The notes under the pieces are model-generated. The model saw only the letters and a list, made by a program, of their open reading frames with translations, was not told the origin of the DNA and ran no database searches. From a virus (lineage: Duplodnaviria > Caudoviricetes): a DNA stretch of 61,117 nt. The stretch covers positions 1-61,117 of IMG/VR virus record IMGVR_UViG_3300020469_005555. The stretch is one strand, 5' to 3'. The position numbers and the translations under genes were made by a program. This document shows, piece by piece, positions 29,880 to 39,005 of this stretch (position 1 is the first letter of the stretch; each line of letters begins with the position of its first letter).

Positions 29880-30598
29880 GTGATATATCCTCTAGCTCTT
29901 ACCAAGCGTATTGCATCCATTTGATTCTTTTCTTTCCAATCTCTTACTTTTAGAGAGTTAGAGTTAATTCTATACAAGTAACATATTTCATCTAAAAACA
30001 TTCTTTTTCTTGCCAAGTAAAGAATAGGAAGAAAGAGTGCTTGGTCATAGCCTCTTTCGAACCAGTTACCTTCCATGTCTTGAAAATTGCGTGGATTAAT
30101 TTTTTTAAAAACATTTACATTGAATGTTTTTAAATGCGAACTTACCCATGGGTATTGGTATGGGTTTAAATTATCAGGGAGTTCTTTCGATATATTCATA
30201 CCGTTAATATCCCACGTGTGAGATGTCCACAATGCGTCTAAATTTTTATCTTCTTCATATGACTTTAATATTAATTCAACAGTGTTTTCATTACACAATG
30301 AATCGTCTCCGTCAAGAATTGCAATTATCTGTTGGGATGATTTGTTGTAATTTTTCAAGTAATCATAAATACCTTTTAGCGCAAATTTTTTGTGATCGTG
30401 ATTAATAACTGTTACTCTTTCTCTCTCATCAGCAAGTACAATTTTATTAGCAATTTCAAATGTATCATCAGTCGACATGTCGTTTAAAATAACCCAATCC
30501 CAATTAGGGTTAGATTGTTCTTTTAAAGACTCATAACATTCTTCGAGGTGAAAAGATGCATTATAAGTTGGTGTTACAAAACACACTGTTTTTCTCAT
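29876..30598 (-). CDS. Glycosyltransferase, GT2
   Basis: TPTYNA, ND.STD.T, LDGDD. Confidence 0.9.
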   Translation of the reverse strand: MRKTVCFVTPTYNASFHLEECYESLKEQSNPNWDWVILNDMSTDDTFEIANKIVLADERERVTVINHDHKKFALKGIYDYLKNYNKSSQQIIAILDGDDSLCNENTVELILKSYEEDKNLDALWTSHTWDINGMNISKELPDNLNPYQYPWVSSHLKTFNVNVFKKINPRNFQDMEGNWFERGYDQALFLPILYLARKRMFLDEICYLYRINSNSLKVRDWKEKNQMDAIRLVRARGYIT

Positions 30599-30904
30599 TT
30601 AGTTTCTCCTTCCGATTTTAATTTGTGTAGAATCTTGGAGTGACCTTACTGATTCTTTAATGTGTTCTCTTCTACTTTCTAATTCAGAAGTACTTCTTAA
30701 TATATGAAGAGTATCTTCTTCAAGTGTAGATATTAAATTCAAGTCTGCTAAAAAAGGATCCTTTTCTAACTCGTCTACCACTTTGTTAAGTTTCTCTGCT
30801 AATGTTCTACATTTAGTTCTTAATTCAACGTCACATTTGTTAAAAGATTGCTGACTTTGTATAAAAACTTGTGAAAAAACTTGAAATAAATTTTCTGATT
30901 GCAT
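30599..30904 (-). CDS. Hypothetical coiled-coil protein
   Basis: 101-aa ORF abutting both neighbours. Confidence 0.65.
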   Translation of the reverse strand: MQSENLFQVFSQVFIQSQQSFNKCDVELRTKCRTLAEKLNKVVDELEKDPFLADLNLISTLEEDTLHILRSTSELESRREHIKESVRSLQDSTQIKIGRRN

Positions 30905-32814
30905 TACTTTCTCTCCTCAAGCCAATTTTTAATCAAATCAGGATGTCCTGATTCTATTTTATACCAAGGTGTGGGCCTGCTAAAGTCTATTCTGTTGTGA
31001 AATATCCAACCACCTAATTCATTATTCATTTTTTCTGCTAAATTTACAATTTCTTCATCTGAGACTTCAGACCAACACTTGTCAAAAAACATGTTATTTT
31101 CCGGAATATCATCAGTTACTTTGTTATAAATACTTGCCCAATGTTTACTCCAATAATTTTTGTATGTGTATATTTTTCTTTTAATGTCAAACCAAGAATA
31201 GTGGTGAACAGTTGGCAATTCTCTAGCAGCAGAATTAATAAAGTTACTATAATTTTCTAAATTCTTATCTCTAAAGTTTCTATCATTTAATATTTGTTGT
31301 CTTATCTGTTCGTGCTGGGGTGTATAAAAATTCATATGCGGAATTGGTTGGTAATTATCTGTATGTACATAATCACATCCGTCTGAACCTAGAGAAAATA
31401 CGTTTCCATTTTCATCATATCTTCTATGTTGTGCAGGAATGTCGTGAGTGATATGTGTATCATTTCTTGATAATCTCCATTTCCATGGATTTACATCAAC
31501 TCTAACCTTATCCTCCTTACCCCAGTAATCAATTACAGGTAGGCATACAAGTTTAACAGACTTTGGTATCTGTCTAGCAAGCTTTTTAACTTTGTCATAA
31601 TCATTTTCGTGCACAACCTCATCAATATCCATTTGCCAACACCAATCTCCTTTGCATAATGAACGTGCAACGGCTTTTTGCTGACCGTCAAAAACTGCAA
31701 ACCTGTAGTGATCCCAGTCTCTTTTAAACTGATATATTCTTAACTTTTCTTCTACCATCGCCAAAGACTCGAGTGCTTCCCAAGTGCCATCAGTACTGCC
31801 ACCGTCGACAACTACTACCTCATCACAAAAAGCTAACAAAGATTGAATTGATGCTTCCCAAGGATAATCACTTGATATCACATTCTTCGTAGTAGTATAT
31901 CCACTTAACATTATGTCTCTATCAATAAAGTTAGATATCTTATCCCAGAAAACTTGGGGTCGACTAAGTAAATACGATTCGATTTCGTCAATGTCACTTG
32001 TGAACCAATCTTCATTCATGTGTTGTACATTATCATTAAGTAACAATTCCAAACCTAAAAGTGAAGCTTCAATTACAGTCCTGGGGCACGTATCACCGCC
32101 AAGTGGTTGAAATGACAATCCGTGAAACTCTGATAAGGACTTTAATAAATCATAATAGGATAAGCTTCCAAGAACTTCTACTGTACTTTCTGGAAACGTT
32201 TCAGTAACAGCAATTGAACTCTCTTCAACTCCTTTAATCCAACTATTTCCATCTATAACTGCCCAATGATTTTTACTCCAACCATTCGTTTCTCTTGAAT
32301 TTCTAAGCCTTTCAATATATTCTAAGTCATCAACAGAAAAAATAGAACTTAGCACTGTCTGTTTATTGTCTTTTAAAAAAGAAAACCTCTCATGATAAAT
32401 TTCAGACTGTCTTTGTGACATCCAAAAGATATGTTCAGATCCGTGTAAAAAAGCAGAAATAATTTTTCCTAGTTGTGTATCATTACAGTCACAATTTTTA
32501 CTAGTTTCTCTTTTATGTAAGTCAATTGATCTATACTGACAGAATTTATAATCATATTCTACGATTGCATAATGACAGTTTGCGACAATTAAAGGTATAA
32601 GGCTGTGATCCATACCCCTGTAGTTAAAAAATACCCAGAATTTACTTGCACCTTGTTGAATTACTTCTTGTGTTACTTCATTTGACTTTATTTTGCATGT
32701 TTTATACGGTGAAACTTCGAATAACGCTTCAGTTGTTCTCTCAGCACCGCCACCATAATCTTCAAGAAACATATCAGCAACAAATACAACATCAGCACTA
32801 CTAAAATTTTCCAT
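30904..32814 (-). CDS. Two-domain glycosyltransferase (GT4-like N-terminus fused to GT2 C-terminus)
   Basis: GGAERT, WIKG, DTCPRTVIEASLLG; then VVVDGGSTDGT and MDIDE. Confidence 0.85.
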   Translation of the reverse strand: MENFSSADVVFVADMFLEDYGGGAERTTEALFEVSPYKTCKIKSNEVTQEVIQQGASKFWVFFNYRGMDHSLIPLIVANCHYAIVEYDYKFCQYRSIDLHKRETSKNCDCNDTQLGKIISAFLHGSEHIFWMSQRQSEIYHERFSFLKDNKQTVLSSIFSVDDLEYIERLRNSRETNGWSKNHWAVIDGNSWIKGVEESSIAVTETFPESTVEVLGSLSYYDLLKSLSEFHGLSFQPLGGDTCPRTVIEASLLGLELLLNDNVQHMNEDWFTSDIDEIESYLLSRPQVFWDKISNFIDRDIMLSGYTTTKNVISSDYPWEASIQSLLAFCDEVVVVDGGSTDGTWEALESLAMVEEKLRIYQFKRDWDHYRFAVFDGQQKAVARSLCKGDWCWQMDIDEVVHENDYDKVKKLARQIPKSVKLVCLPVIDYWGKEDKVRVDVNPWKWRLSRNDTHITHDIPAQHRRYDENGNVFSLGSDGCDYVHTDNYQPIPHMNFYTPQHEQIRQQILNDRNFRDKNLENYSNFINSAARELPTVHHYSWFDIKRKIYTYKNYWSKHWASIYNKVTDDIPENNMFFDKCWSEVSDEEIVNLAEKMNNELGGWIFHNRIDFSRPTPWYKIESGHPDLIKNWLEERK

Positions 32815-32890
32815 ACAATCTCCTACTTTGTAAGAAATTATAATCTATTTGTTGATAAATTAAACTTTAATGAGCAAATTTCTTAGTGTC

Positions 32891-35479
32891 TTACGTTTCA
32901 TACAAGAAGGAATTAACAGACACCCAATTAAACTGACAAGTTCCTCCGGCATTCCAGTTTCCTTGAGGTGTTAAGCTTATGATAAAAGCATCAGTTGGAT
33001 TATAGTTGGAGCCTGAGAAGTTAAAATTAATATTTTTATTTGCATTGACATTGGCATCAGAAACAAGAACGTGCTCAACTGAGTATGCACTTGCTGGTGT
33101 CGAGGCGTCAGCTTCGTCAGCAAAGATGTAAAGTTTTGCAAGTAAATTGCCAACACTAGAGAGTGCTGTGTTAAAGGAGCCTCTTACAGTTAGTTTGTCA
33201 AAACTACCGCTAAAAGGACAAACAAAAATAAAGTTATCCCCTGATGATATTGAACCCTCTGTTCCACTGGTTGTACTTAAAAATTGCTCTGTAGTATTTG
33301 ACAAATTTAGTCGCGCGCCACCCCTGTTAACGTCTTTAAAAACGGACTTATTAGTTTTATCATATATATTTCCACTTACGACTAAGTCACCTGATACTAA
33401 AGTTACAGATTTTGATGCTGTTACACCTTTTGATCCAGCTGATCCGCTAATTAAAACACCTACATCGGTTCCATATGTGTTTGCAGGAGTTTCATATCTA
33501 ATGTCAGCGTCAAAGACAGAATTCAAAACAACTGGCGGTGAGTCGGTACTATTTCCTACAGTGACACCTACTGTAGATGTTTTAGCATATTGAACTTGCA
33601 ATCCATTAGAAGCAGTAATGAAAGCATTGGCCTGAAGTATATTTCCTGTAAAAAGTAAATTAGCTTCTCCGTTAATATTATTTGTCGCACCTTTTGCTGT
33701 CAATATTCTGTTGTTTACATCATTATCAATAGTAATACCACCAACAGAATTCCCTGCACCGTCAAAAATGTTACCACTTACAACTAAATCACCACCAAAT
33801 ACTGATGTACCTCTTTCTGATGTCCCTTTACTGCCTGAAGATCCGGAAACGTAAAAGCTGATATCTGCCCCCGAAGTCTCTGAAGAGGTAGAATCTCCGC
33901 CAGGTATGACAAGAACCTGAGTGCTTGATATATCAACATTTGTTGCATTATTAGCGATTAAACGAATTCTATCATTATTAAACGTAATATTGGTATTGGT
34001 ATCGCTCTTGTGCGCGATGCCGCTAGGAGTAATCAGAGAAGCACCTTCCTCGAGGGTCACATCTCCGGAGAAGTACGAAGCTCCGGAAACAACTAAATCA
34101 CCTGCATTTAATATTGTACCTCTTGTACTAGTACCACGACTACCAACTGTACCACTTAGTAATACCTTGACATCATTACCAACCCCTGGTTCACTTCCAA
34201 AATCTGTACTTAAAAATCTTCCTAAAGCAACTGCATCCTTACTTGCATCTACAAATACCAATGAGTGGTCTGTGTCACCCTTTACAAAAAAGTCATTTGT
34301 TGCTAACAGACTATTGTTAATTACAACGTCACCCTGTTCATATGCAACAATACTGTATGTTCCGGAGCCATCTCTTACTCCAAAAAACCTTGATCCAGAG
34401 GAATCACTATCGCCGTCGATGGTTAATATTATACTACCTTGTGCGTTTATATCGAAGTTATTTTCTGCCTCAATTTTAATTCCATCGAGATTATCGCTTT
34501 GCATTCTTATATTACCAGTGACAAATAAGTTACCGTTAACTCTTGCTTCACCTGTTACATCAACACCACTTAACAATACACTAGAACCACTTGTAACGAG
34601 ATCACCGGCGGCTAAGGTTACTCCTCGAGTTGATCCACCTCTTGAACCTCCTGATCCGCTTAACAATATCTTGACATCAGTACCAACACCTGATTGTGTT
34701 CCAAAATCTGTACTTAAAAATCTTCCTAAAGCAACTGCCTCTTCACTTGCATCTACAAATATCAATGAGTGGTTTGTGTCTCCTTTTACAACAAAGTCAG
34801 TTGTGGGTGACATGTCGAAGTTTACAGTGGTTGCAGCGTTTTCGTACACAATTAACTTGTAATTGCCTCCGCCATCTCGGATCCCAAAATAAGATCCGTT
34901 TCCACTATTATCACTATCTGAATCTAACTTCATAACAATATTGTTTTGTGCTTTTAACTCAAAAGTATTTTCTGTTTCAATATTAACGCCGTCAAAATTA
35001 TCAGATAACATGTGAATATTACCTGTCAAAATCAAATCTCCGTTAATGTTTACGTTTGGTGAGTTAGTATTTACCTTAAGTACATCAGTACCATCTGCTT
35101 TTCTAAAAACTGCGGATTCATCTGAATTAGTATCTGGTTCTACATACATATTACCTGTTACAAAAAAGTCACCGTCAGCAACAGAATCTACCTCTATTAC
35201 TTGTCTTTCAGCATATAATGTACCAGAAACTACTACATCCCCACCAAAAAGTGTTGCGTTAGTTCTTGAATTGTTATTGTTACTAATGTTTCCCGATACA
35301 AATAGGAAGACATCAGAACCTACATTGTTAAACATTGCTGAATCTGAAGTTCCGCCTTCACGATTTGACGCAATGGAACCACTGTACATTGCAATACCTG
35401 CTGATGTGCCGGCTAGACTTCCTGTACCGATTATTTTACTAGTTTCTAATTGACTTGCTCTAAAATCTTTTGTTGCCAT
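32891..35479 (-). CDS. Virion fibre/structural protein with Ser/Gly/Thr-rich repeats
   Basis: Beta-strand, Ser/Gly/Thr-rich composition; five xxSGxxGSxG...T..xGDLVVSG repeats; internal 168-aa duplication. Confidence 0.75.
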   Translation of the reverse strand: MATKDFRASQLETSKIIGTGSLAGTSAGIAMYSGSIASNREGGTSDSAMFNNVGSDVFLFVSGNISNNNNSRTNATLFGGDVVVSGTLYAERQVIEVDSVADGDFFVTGNMYVEPDTNSDESAVFRKADGTDVLKVNTNSPNVNINGDLILTGNIHMLSDNFDGVNIETENTFELKAQNNIVMKLDSDSDNSGNGSYFGIRDGGGNYKLIVYENAATTVNFDMSPTTDFVVKGDTNHSLIFVDASEEAVALGRFLSTDFGTQSGVGTDVKILLSGSGGSRGGSTRGVTLAAGDLVTSGSSVLLSGVDVTGEARVNGNLFVTGNIRMQSDNLDGIKIEAENNFDINAQGSIILTIDGDSDSSGSRFFGVRDGSGTYSIVAYEQGDVVINNSLLATNDFFVKGDTDHSLVFVDASKDAVALGRFLSTDFGSEPGVGNDVKVLLSGTVGSRGTSTRGTILNAGDLVVSGASYFSGDVTLEEGASLITPSGIAHKSDTNTNITFNNDRIRLIANNATNVDISSTQVLVIPGGDSTSSETSGADISFYVSGSSGSKGTSERGTSVFGGDLVVSGNIFDGAGNSVGGITIDNDVNNRILTAKGATNNINGEANLLFTGNILQANAFITASNGLQVQYAKTSTVGVTVGNSTDSPPVVLNSVFDADIRYETPANTYGTDVGVLISGSAGSKGVTASKSVTLVSGDLVVSGNIYDKTNKSVFKDVNRGGARLNLSNTTEQFLSTTSGTEGSISSGDNFIFVCPFSGSFDKLTVRGSFNTALSSVGNLLAKLYIFADEADASTPASAYSVEHVLVSDANVNANKNINFNFSGSNYNPTDAFIISLTPQGNWNAGGTCQFNWVSVNSFLYET
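34195..34799. repeat. Intragenic direct repeat, 504-bp offset (40-bp identical cores at 34195-34234 and 34699-34738)
   Basis: ttccaaaatctgtacttaaaaatcttcctaaagcaactgc occurs twice, followed by ~60 bp of near-identical sequence. Confidence 0.9.
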
Positions 35480-35488
35480 TTTTTATCC

Positions 35489-35719
35489 TTAGTTGAATCC
35501 AATAACAGTGTAATACAATGTGCCGATAAATTTTTGAGAAAAATTAATTCTAGCTGTTGTCTTTGTTTTATTAGAAATAAAAACATTTACATCAACAGAA
35601 GCTGATGCAGTTATTGCGGGTATATTAATTAAACCTAACGTACCATAATTTATATCAACGTAATCAACATTGTTGATTGCATCGCTACATGTAAATATCC
35701 TAGGTAATGATGTTGACAT
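35489..35719 (-). CDS. Small beta-rich putative virion protein
   Basis: P.ITA...VNVFI....T.....F.G pattern shared with 35722..36081. Confidence 0.6.
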   Translation of the reverse strand: MSTSLPRIFTCSDAINNVDYVDINYGTLGLINIPAITASASVDVNVFISNKTKTTARINFSQKFIGTLYYTVIGFN

Positions 35720-35721
35720 GA

Positions 35722-36081
35722 TTACGGGTCCTGTGAAACTACTTGAAAATTAACTTTACCAGTAAATGGTGCGCTTGTTTCAAAAGAAACAGACGACGTA
35801 GTTATCGATGTTATGAAAACATTTACATTTGCTGTGCTGTTGGAAAGGTTATCAACTGCTACTGCAGTGATGACAGGTGCATTTGAAAAAGTAATCGTTG
35901 GATCGGCTGTTGTGTATGTGAAGGTCACAGGACCACTAGAATTTGTGAATGTTACTTCACCAACAACCATTTTAAAGTTTGTGCTTGATACGAATTGGTC
36001 TATTGGTTTTCTTCTTATGAAACTGTATACCTTTCTAAACCTATTTGCATCACGCTTTTTAAAAATATGTGCTTTTGCCAT
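35722..36081 (-). CDS. Small beta-rich putative virion protein (H-type-lectin-like fold possible)
   Basis: G.VTF.....VTF.....FSNAPVITA....NVNVFI..IT. Confidence 0.6.
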   Translation of the reverse strand: MAKAHIFKKRDANRFRKVYSFIRRKPIDQFVSSTNFKMVVGEVTFTNSSGPVTFTYTTADPTITFSNAPVITAVAVDNLSNSTANVNVFITSITTSSVSFETSAPFTGKVNFQVVSQDP

Positions 36082-36089
36082 TATTTACC

Positions 36090-37436
36090 TCAAATAATTC
36101 TTGCTGCTACAGCAGATAAGTATGATCTTTCGCCTCTTTTCAACGCGATATGTGAGGCGCAATCTTCATTTTTAAATTTTTCAGAAACAATTGTTAAACC
36201 GTTAGACAATGCGTCAATGTATGGTGTGTCAATCTGGTCAACGTCACCCAATAAAATAATTTTAGAGTTTTCACCCATCCTAGTAATTACTGTTTTTAAT
36301 TCATGGATTGTTGCATTTTGTGCTTCATCCATAATTAAAATGCTGTTATTAAAGGTCCTTCCTCTAATATAAGATAAAGGTGCAACCTCAATAATCCCTT
36401 GTTCTTTTAGGGAGTTAAATAAAGATAAGTTATTATCCTTGAGTCCCACTCTAAAATTGTCCATTATTGGCGCTAACCAGGGGCTCATCTTATCATCTGC
36501 AGTACCTGGCAAAAATCCGATATCCCTTCCTACAGGTGTAATGTTACGTGTTATTACAATTCTATCATAGTATCCGGAAGTGACCAGTGCGTATGCTGAC
36601 ATTAAAGTGATAAATGTTTTTCCACTGCCGGCGAGTCCTGAAATTGTTACTAACGGTAAAGAAACATCAAGAAGAGAATTTAGAGCATACAGTTGTTCTC
36701 TATTTTTGGGTGATATTCCTAATTTTTGGAAATCTTCAGAAAATTCTTTAGGCTGATTAATTTTTTCAATCTTATCTTGATCCCACCTTCCTAAAAATGA
36801 AGAACTGCCACTTTTTATGCAAAAATACTCATTTGCGTGTGGTTTTCTACCTATTTTTTCTTCGCATAGATCTACGAACTCTTCTAGAACATCACCTTCT
36901 TCACCCATACAATAGCTATATAATCTATTTATTATGCTTGCATCATCAGTGTTTATGTCAAAAAAGCCTTTAAAGACTTCAGAATTTTCTAAAACAATTT
37001 TGTCTTTATAGTAGTCTTCTGATTTAATTCCTAGCGAATCACACTTCACTCTAAAATTAATATCTTTTGTAATTAAGATTACTTTTGATGAATTTTTTTC
37101 TTGCAAATTTAGCGCTAATGATATCATTTTATTGTCTGCGTATTCTGGATCTAAGCCAACGGGTACTTGATTGAAACCTGTTAAGGCAACTCTTATAGTT
37201 TGCCCATTATCGATTTCAATGCCTTTGTGTAAGCTACCTTGTTTTCGCAAGTCATCTAAATATCGATTAATATACCTTGCGTTTTCTCCGACCAGACCTT
37301 TTTTATCTTTAAAACGATCTAGTTCATCTAATACAACTAAGGGTATTAAAACATCATTTTCTGGAAAAGAATGAATTGAATTGCAGTCGTACAATAAAAC
37401 ACTAGTATCAATAATAAAAATTTTTCTTTCGTTCAT
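36090..37436 (-). CDS. phoH: PIN-PhoH protein
   Basis: IDTSVLL, ELD, TKD.N.R (PIN); GLAGSGKT, GFLPG, RGRT, DEAQN, GD..QID (PhoH). Confidence 0.95.
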   Translation of the reverse strand: MNERKIFIIDTSVLLYDCNSIHSFPENDVLIPLVVLDELDRFKDKKGLVGENARYINRYLDDLRKQGSLHKGIEIDNGQTIRVALTGFNQVPVGLDPEYADNKMISLALNLQEKNSSKVILITKDINFRVKCDSLGIKSEDYYKDKIVLENSEVFKGFFDINTDDASIINRLYSYCMGEEGDVLEEFVDLCEEKIGRKPHANEYFCIKSGSSSFLGRWDQDKIEKINQPKEFSEDFQKLGISPKNREQLYALNSLLDVSLPLVTISGLAGSGKTFITLMSAYALVTSGYYDRIVITRNITPVGRDIGFLPGTADDKMSPWLAPIMDNFRVGLKDNNLSLFNSLKEQGIIEVAPLSYIRGRTFNNSILIMDEAQNATIHELKTVITRMGENSKIILLGDVDQIDTPYIDALSNGLTIVSEKFKNEDCASHIALKRGERSYLSAVAARII

Positions 37437-37504
37437 CTATCACCTTTTGTTAATTTGGACATATCGATATATAATATTAATTATTAAGATGGAGCTGTAT
37501 AATA

Positions 37505-37759
37505 ATGAAATGTTTTCAATACAACAATCAAAACAATAAAAATTGTAGTAAAAATAACTGTAGATACTGGATTAATAGCAAAATTAATAAAAATTGTTGC
37601 TTAATCGCTTCCAGTGGTAGTAATAATATTAATTCACAAATAGAAAAATTTACGCTGCAAGATATAGGTGACATATTTAAGGTTACTCGAATGAGGATAT
37701 GTCAAATAGAAAAAATTGCAATTAAAAAACTTAAAGATAAATTTTCTAACTTTGAATAA
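37505..37759 (+). CDS. Stand-alone sigma70 region-4 HTH protein with Cys-rich N-terminus
   Basis: FTLQDIGDIFKVTRMRICQIEKIAIKKL matches region 4.2 (TL.EIG..F.VTRERIRQIE..AL.KL). Confidence 0.85.
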   Translation: MKCFQYNNQNNKNCSKNNCRYWINSKINKNCCLIASSGSNNINSQIEKFTLQDIGDIFKVTRMRICQIEKIAIKKLKDKFSNFE

Positions 37760-37762
37760 TAA

Positions 37763-37787
37763 AAAAGTCACACTAAGTGTGACTTTT
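37763..37787. terminator. Bidirectional rho-independent terminator
   Basis: aaaagtcacac-taa-gtgtgactttt between convergent genes. Confidence 0.8.
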
Positions 37788-37815
37788 AAAATATTGAATG
37801 TATAAAAAACTTAAT

Positions 37816-38007
37816 TTACTCTTTACTTGTGTCAAGAGAAGTCTTTACGATATCAGAAGCTAGTTTTTTTGCTTGACGCAAACCCTTTCTTGCTCTGACG
37901 CCGGCTGACTTGTTTCCTTGAGCATTCTTTACAACGTCTGTTTGTAAAGTTTCAATTAAAACTTTTAATTCTTCATACTGCGAAATTAGCGCTTCATTCA
38001 TTGACAT
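37816..38007 (-). CDS. Histone H1-like Hc1 family protein
   Basis: D..K...GNKSAGVRARK motif. Confidence 0.8.
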   Translation of the reverse strand: MSMNEALISQYEELKVLIETLQTDVVKNAQGNKSAGVRARKGLRQAKKLASDIVKTSLDTSKE

Positions 38008-38016
38008 ACCTTCCTC

Positions 38017-38274
38017 CTACTCTAGAATAATCTTTGGTTTGTTGTCCTTTACATTATTATCTGCTTGTTCGTCTTTGTTAATTGTTTCTCTATATTTTTT
38101 TAATGTTTCAACTATATTTTTTAGTGCTTCGTTATTTTCTAAGCTTAAACAAATCCCGTGAATGATATCATATTTTTGTTGTTCAGTGACACCAAAATTA
38201 ATTATTTCTTGTACTATTTCTCTAGATTTTTGTTTTTCTCTTGCTAATTTTTCTAACTTAACAGAATAACTCAT
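38017..38274 (-). CDS. Hypothetical protein
   Basis: ORF in operon with a GGAG RBS. Confidence 0.7.
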   Translation of the reverse strand: MSYSVKLEKLAREKQKSREIVQEIINFGVTEQQKYDIIHGICLSLENNEALKNIVETLKKYRETINKDEQADNNVKDNKPKIILE

Positions 38275-38750
38275 ATTTCTTCTCCAACTATTGTGTTATT
38301 TAAAACCTCTGATGCTATTTTAAATTTGTCCTCACTGTTTAAAGTCAAAACTTTTAAATGATGGACGTCATCAATAATTTCTCTTTTTATAATGATACTT
38401 TTAGGAAATAAATGATTATCAATAACTTCCTCAGATTCTTCATATATGTCAATTGTTGAATTGTATTCTTTCAGCAAGTTTGTCAATTTTTCAGGCAAAC
38501 TTAAAGAAACTTCACTTATAGATCTGACACTTTTAACGTCTTCTTTACCTAGCTTTATTTTAGACTTGCAAAACTCTTCAACATAATGAGTTACGCCGCA
38601 ATTGTTACAATTAACATACTTTGGTGTCACTTTTGATGTTTTTTCATCAAATAAACTATAAACTGCAAATTTATGGTACACTACAGGTTTTGTATTTTTG
38701 TACAATGGTAACACACAGTGACACTCGATTAAATGACGTTGTCCGGGCAT
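38271..38750 (-). CDS. Hypothetical Zn-binding protein
   Basis: ECHC and CNNCGVTH motifs. Confidence 0.65.
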   Translation of the reverse strand: MPGQRHLIECHCVLPLYKNTKPVVYHKFAVYSLFDEKTSKVTPKYVNCNNCGVTHYVEEFCKSKIKLGKEDVKSVRSISEVSLSLPEKLTNLLKEYNSTIDIYEESEEVIDNHLFPKSIIIKREIIDDVHHLKVLTLNSEDKFKIASEVLNNTIVGEEI

Positions 38751-38752
38751 TG

Positions 38753-38995
38753 TTAATTTAGTGCATTCTCAATCTGACCTGATGCTTTTACAAAAGAATT
38801 TGTTAAACTAGTTTCTATATAGTAACATATCTTTTTTAAATCATCTTGTGATATATCAACAGCACCTTTATTTTTTGCTTCAATTAGATCTGTAACTACT
38901 TGTTCTTTCATGAAAGAAACAACGGTAGCTACTGAAGTCATAACATTTGATCGATCAATAACTTTTGTATTGTTCTTATTTTTCTTTGCTGGCAT
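38753..38995 (-). CDS. Hypothetical protein
   Basis: Start adjusted to MPAKK after AGGAG. Confidence 0.65.
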   Translation of the reverse strand: MPAKKNKNNTKVIDRSNVMTSVATVVSFMKEQVVTDLIEAKNKGAVDISQDDLKKICYYIETSLTNSFVKASGQIENALN

Positions 38996-39005
38996 TTTTT
39001 CTCTC

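Noticed and set aside
34195-34799. Fibre repeat as a DGR template/variable pair
   Set aside because: Both copies are in frame within one CDS, the differences are not adenine-specific, and no reverse transcriptase is in the window
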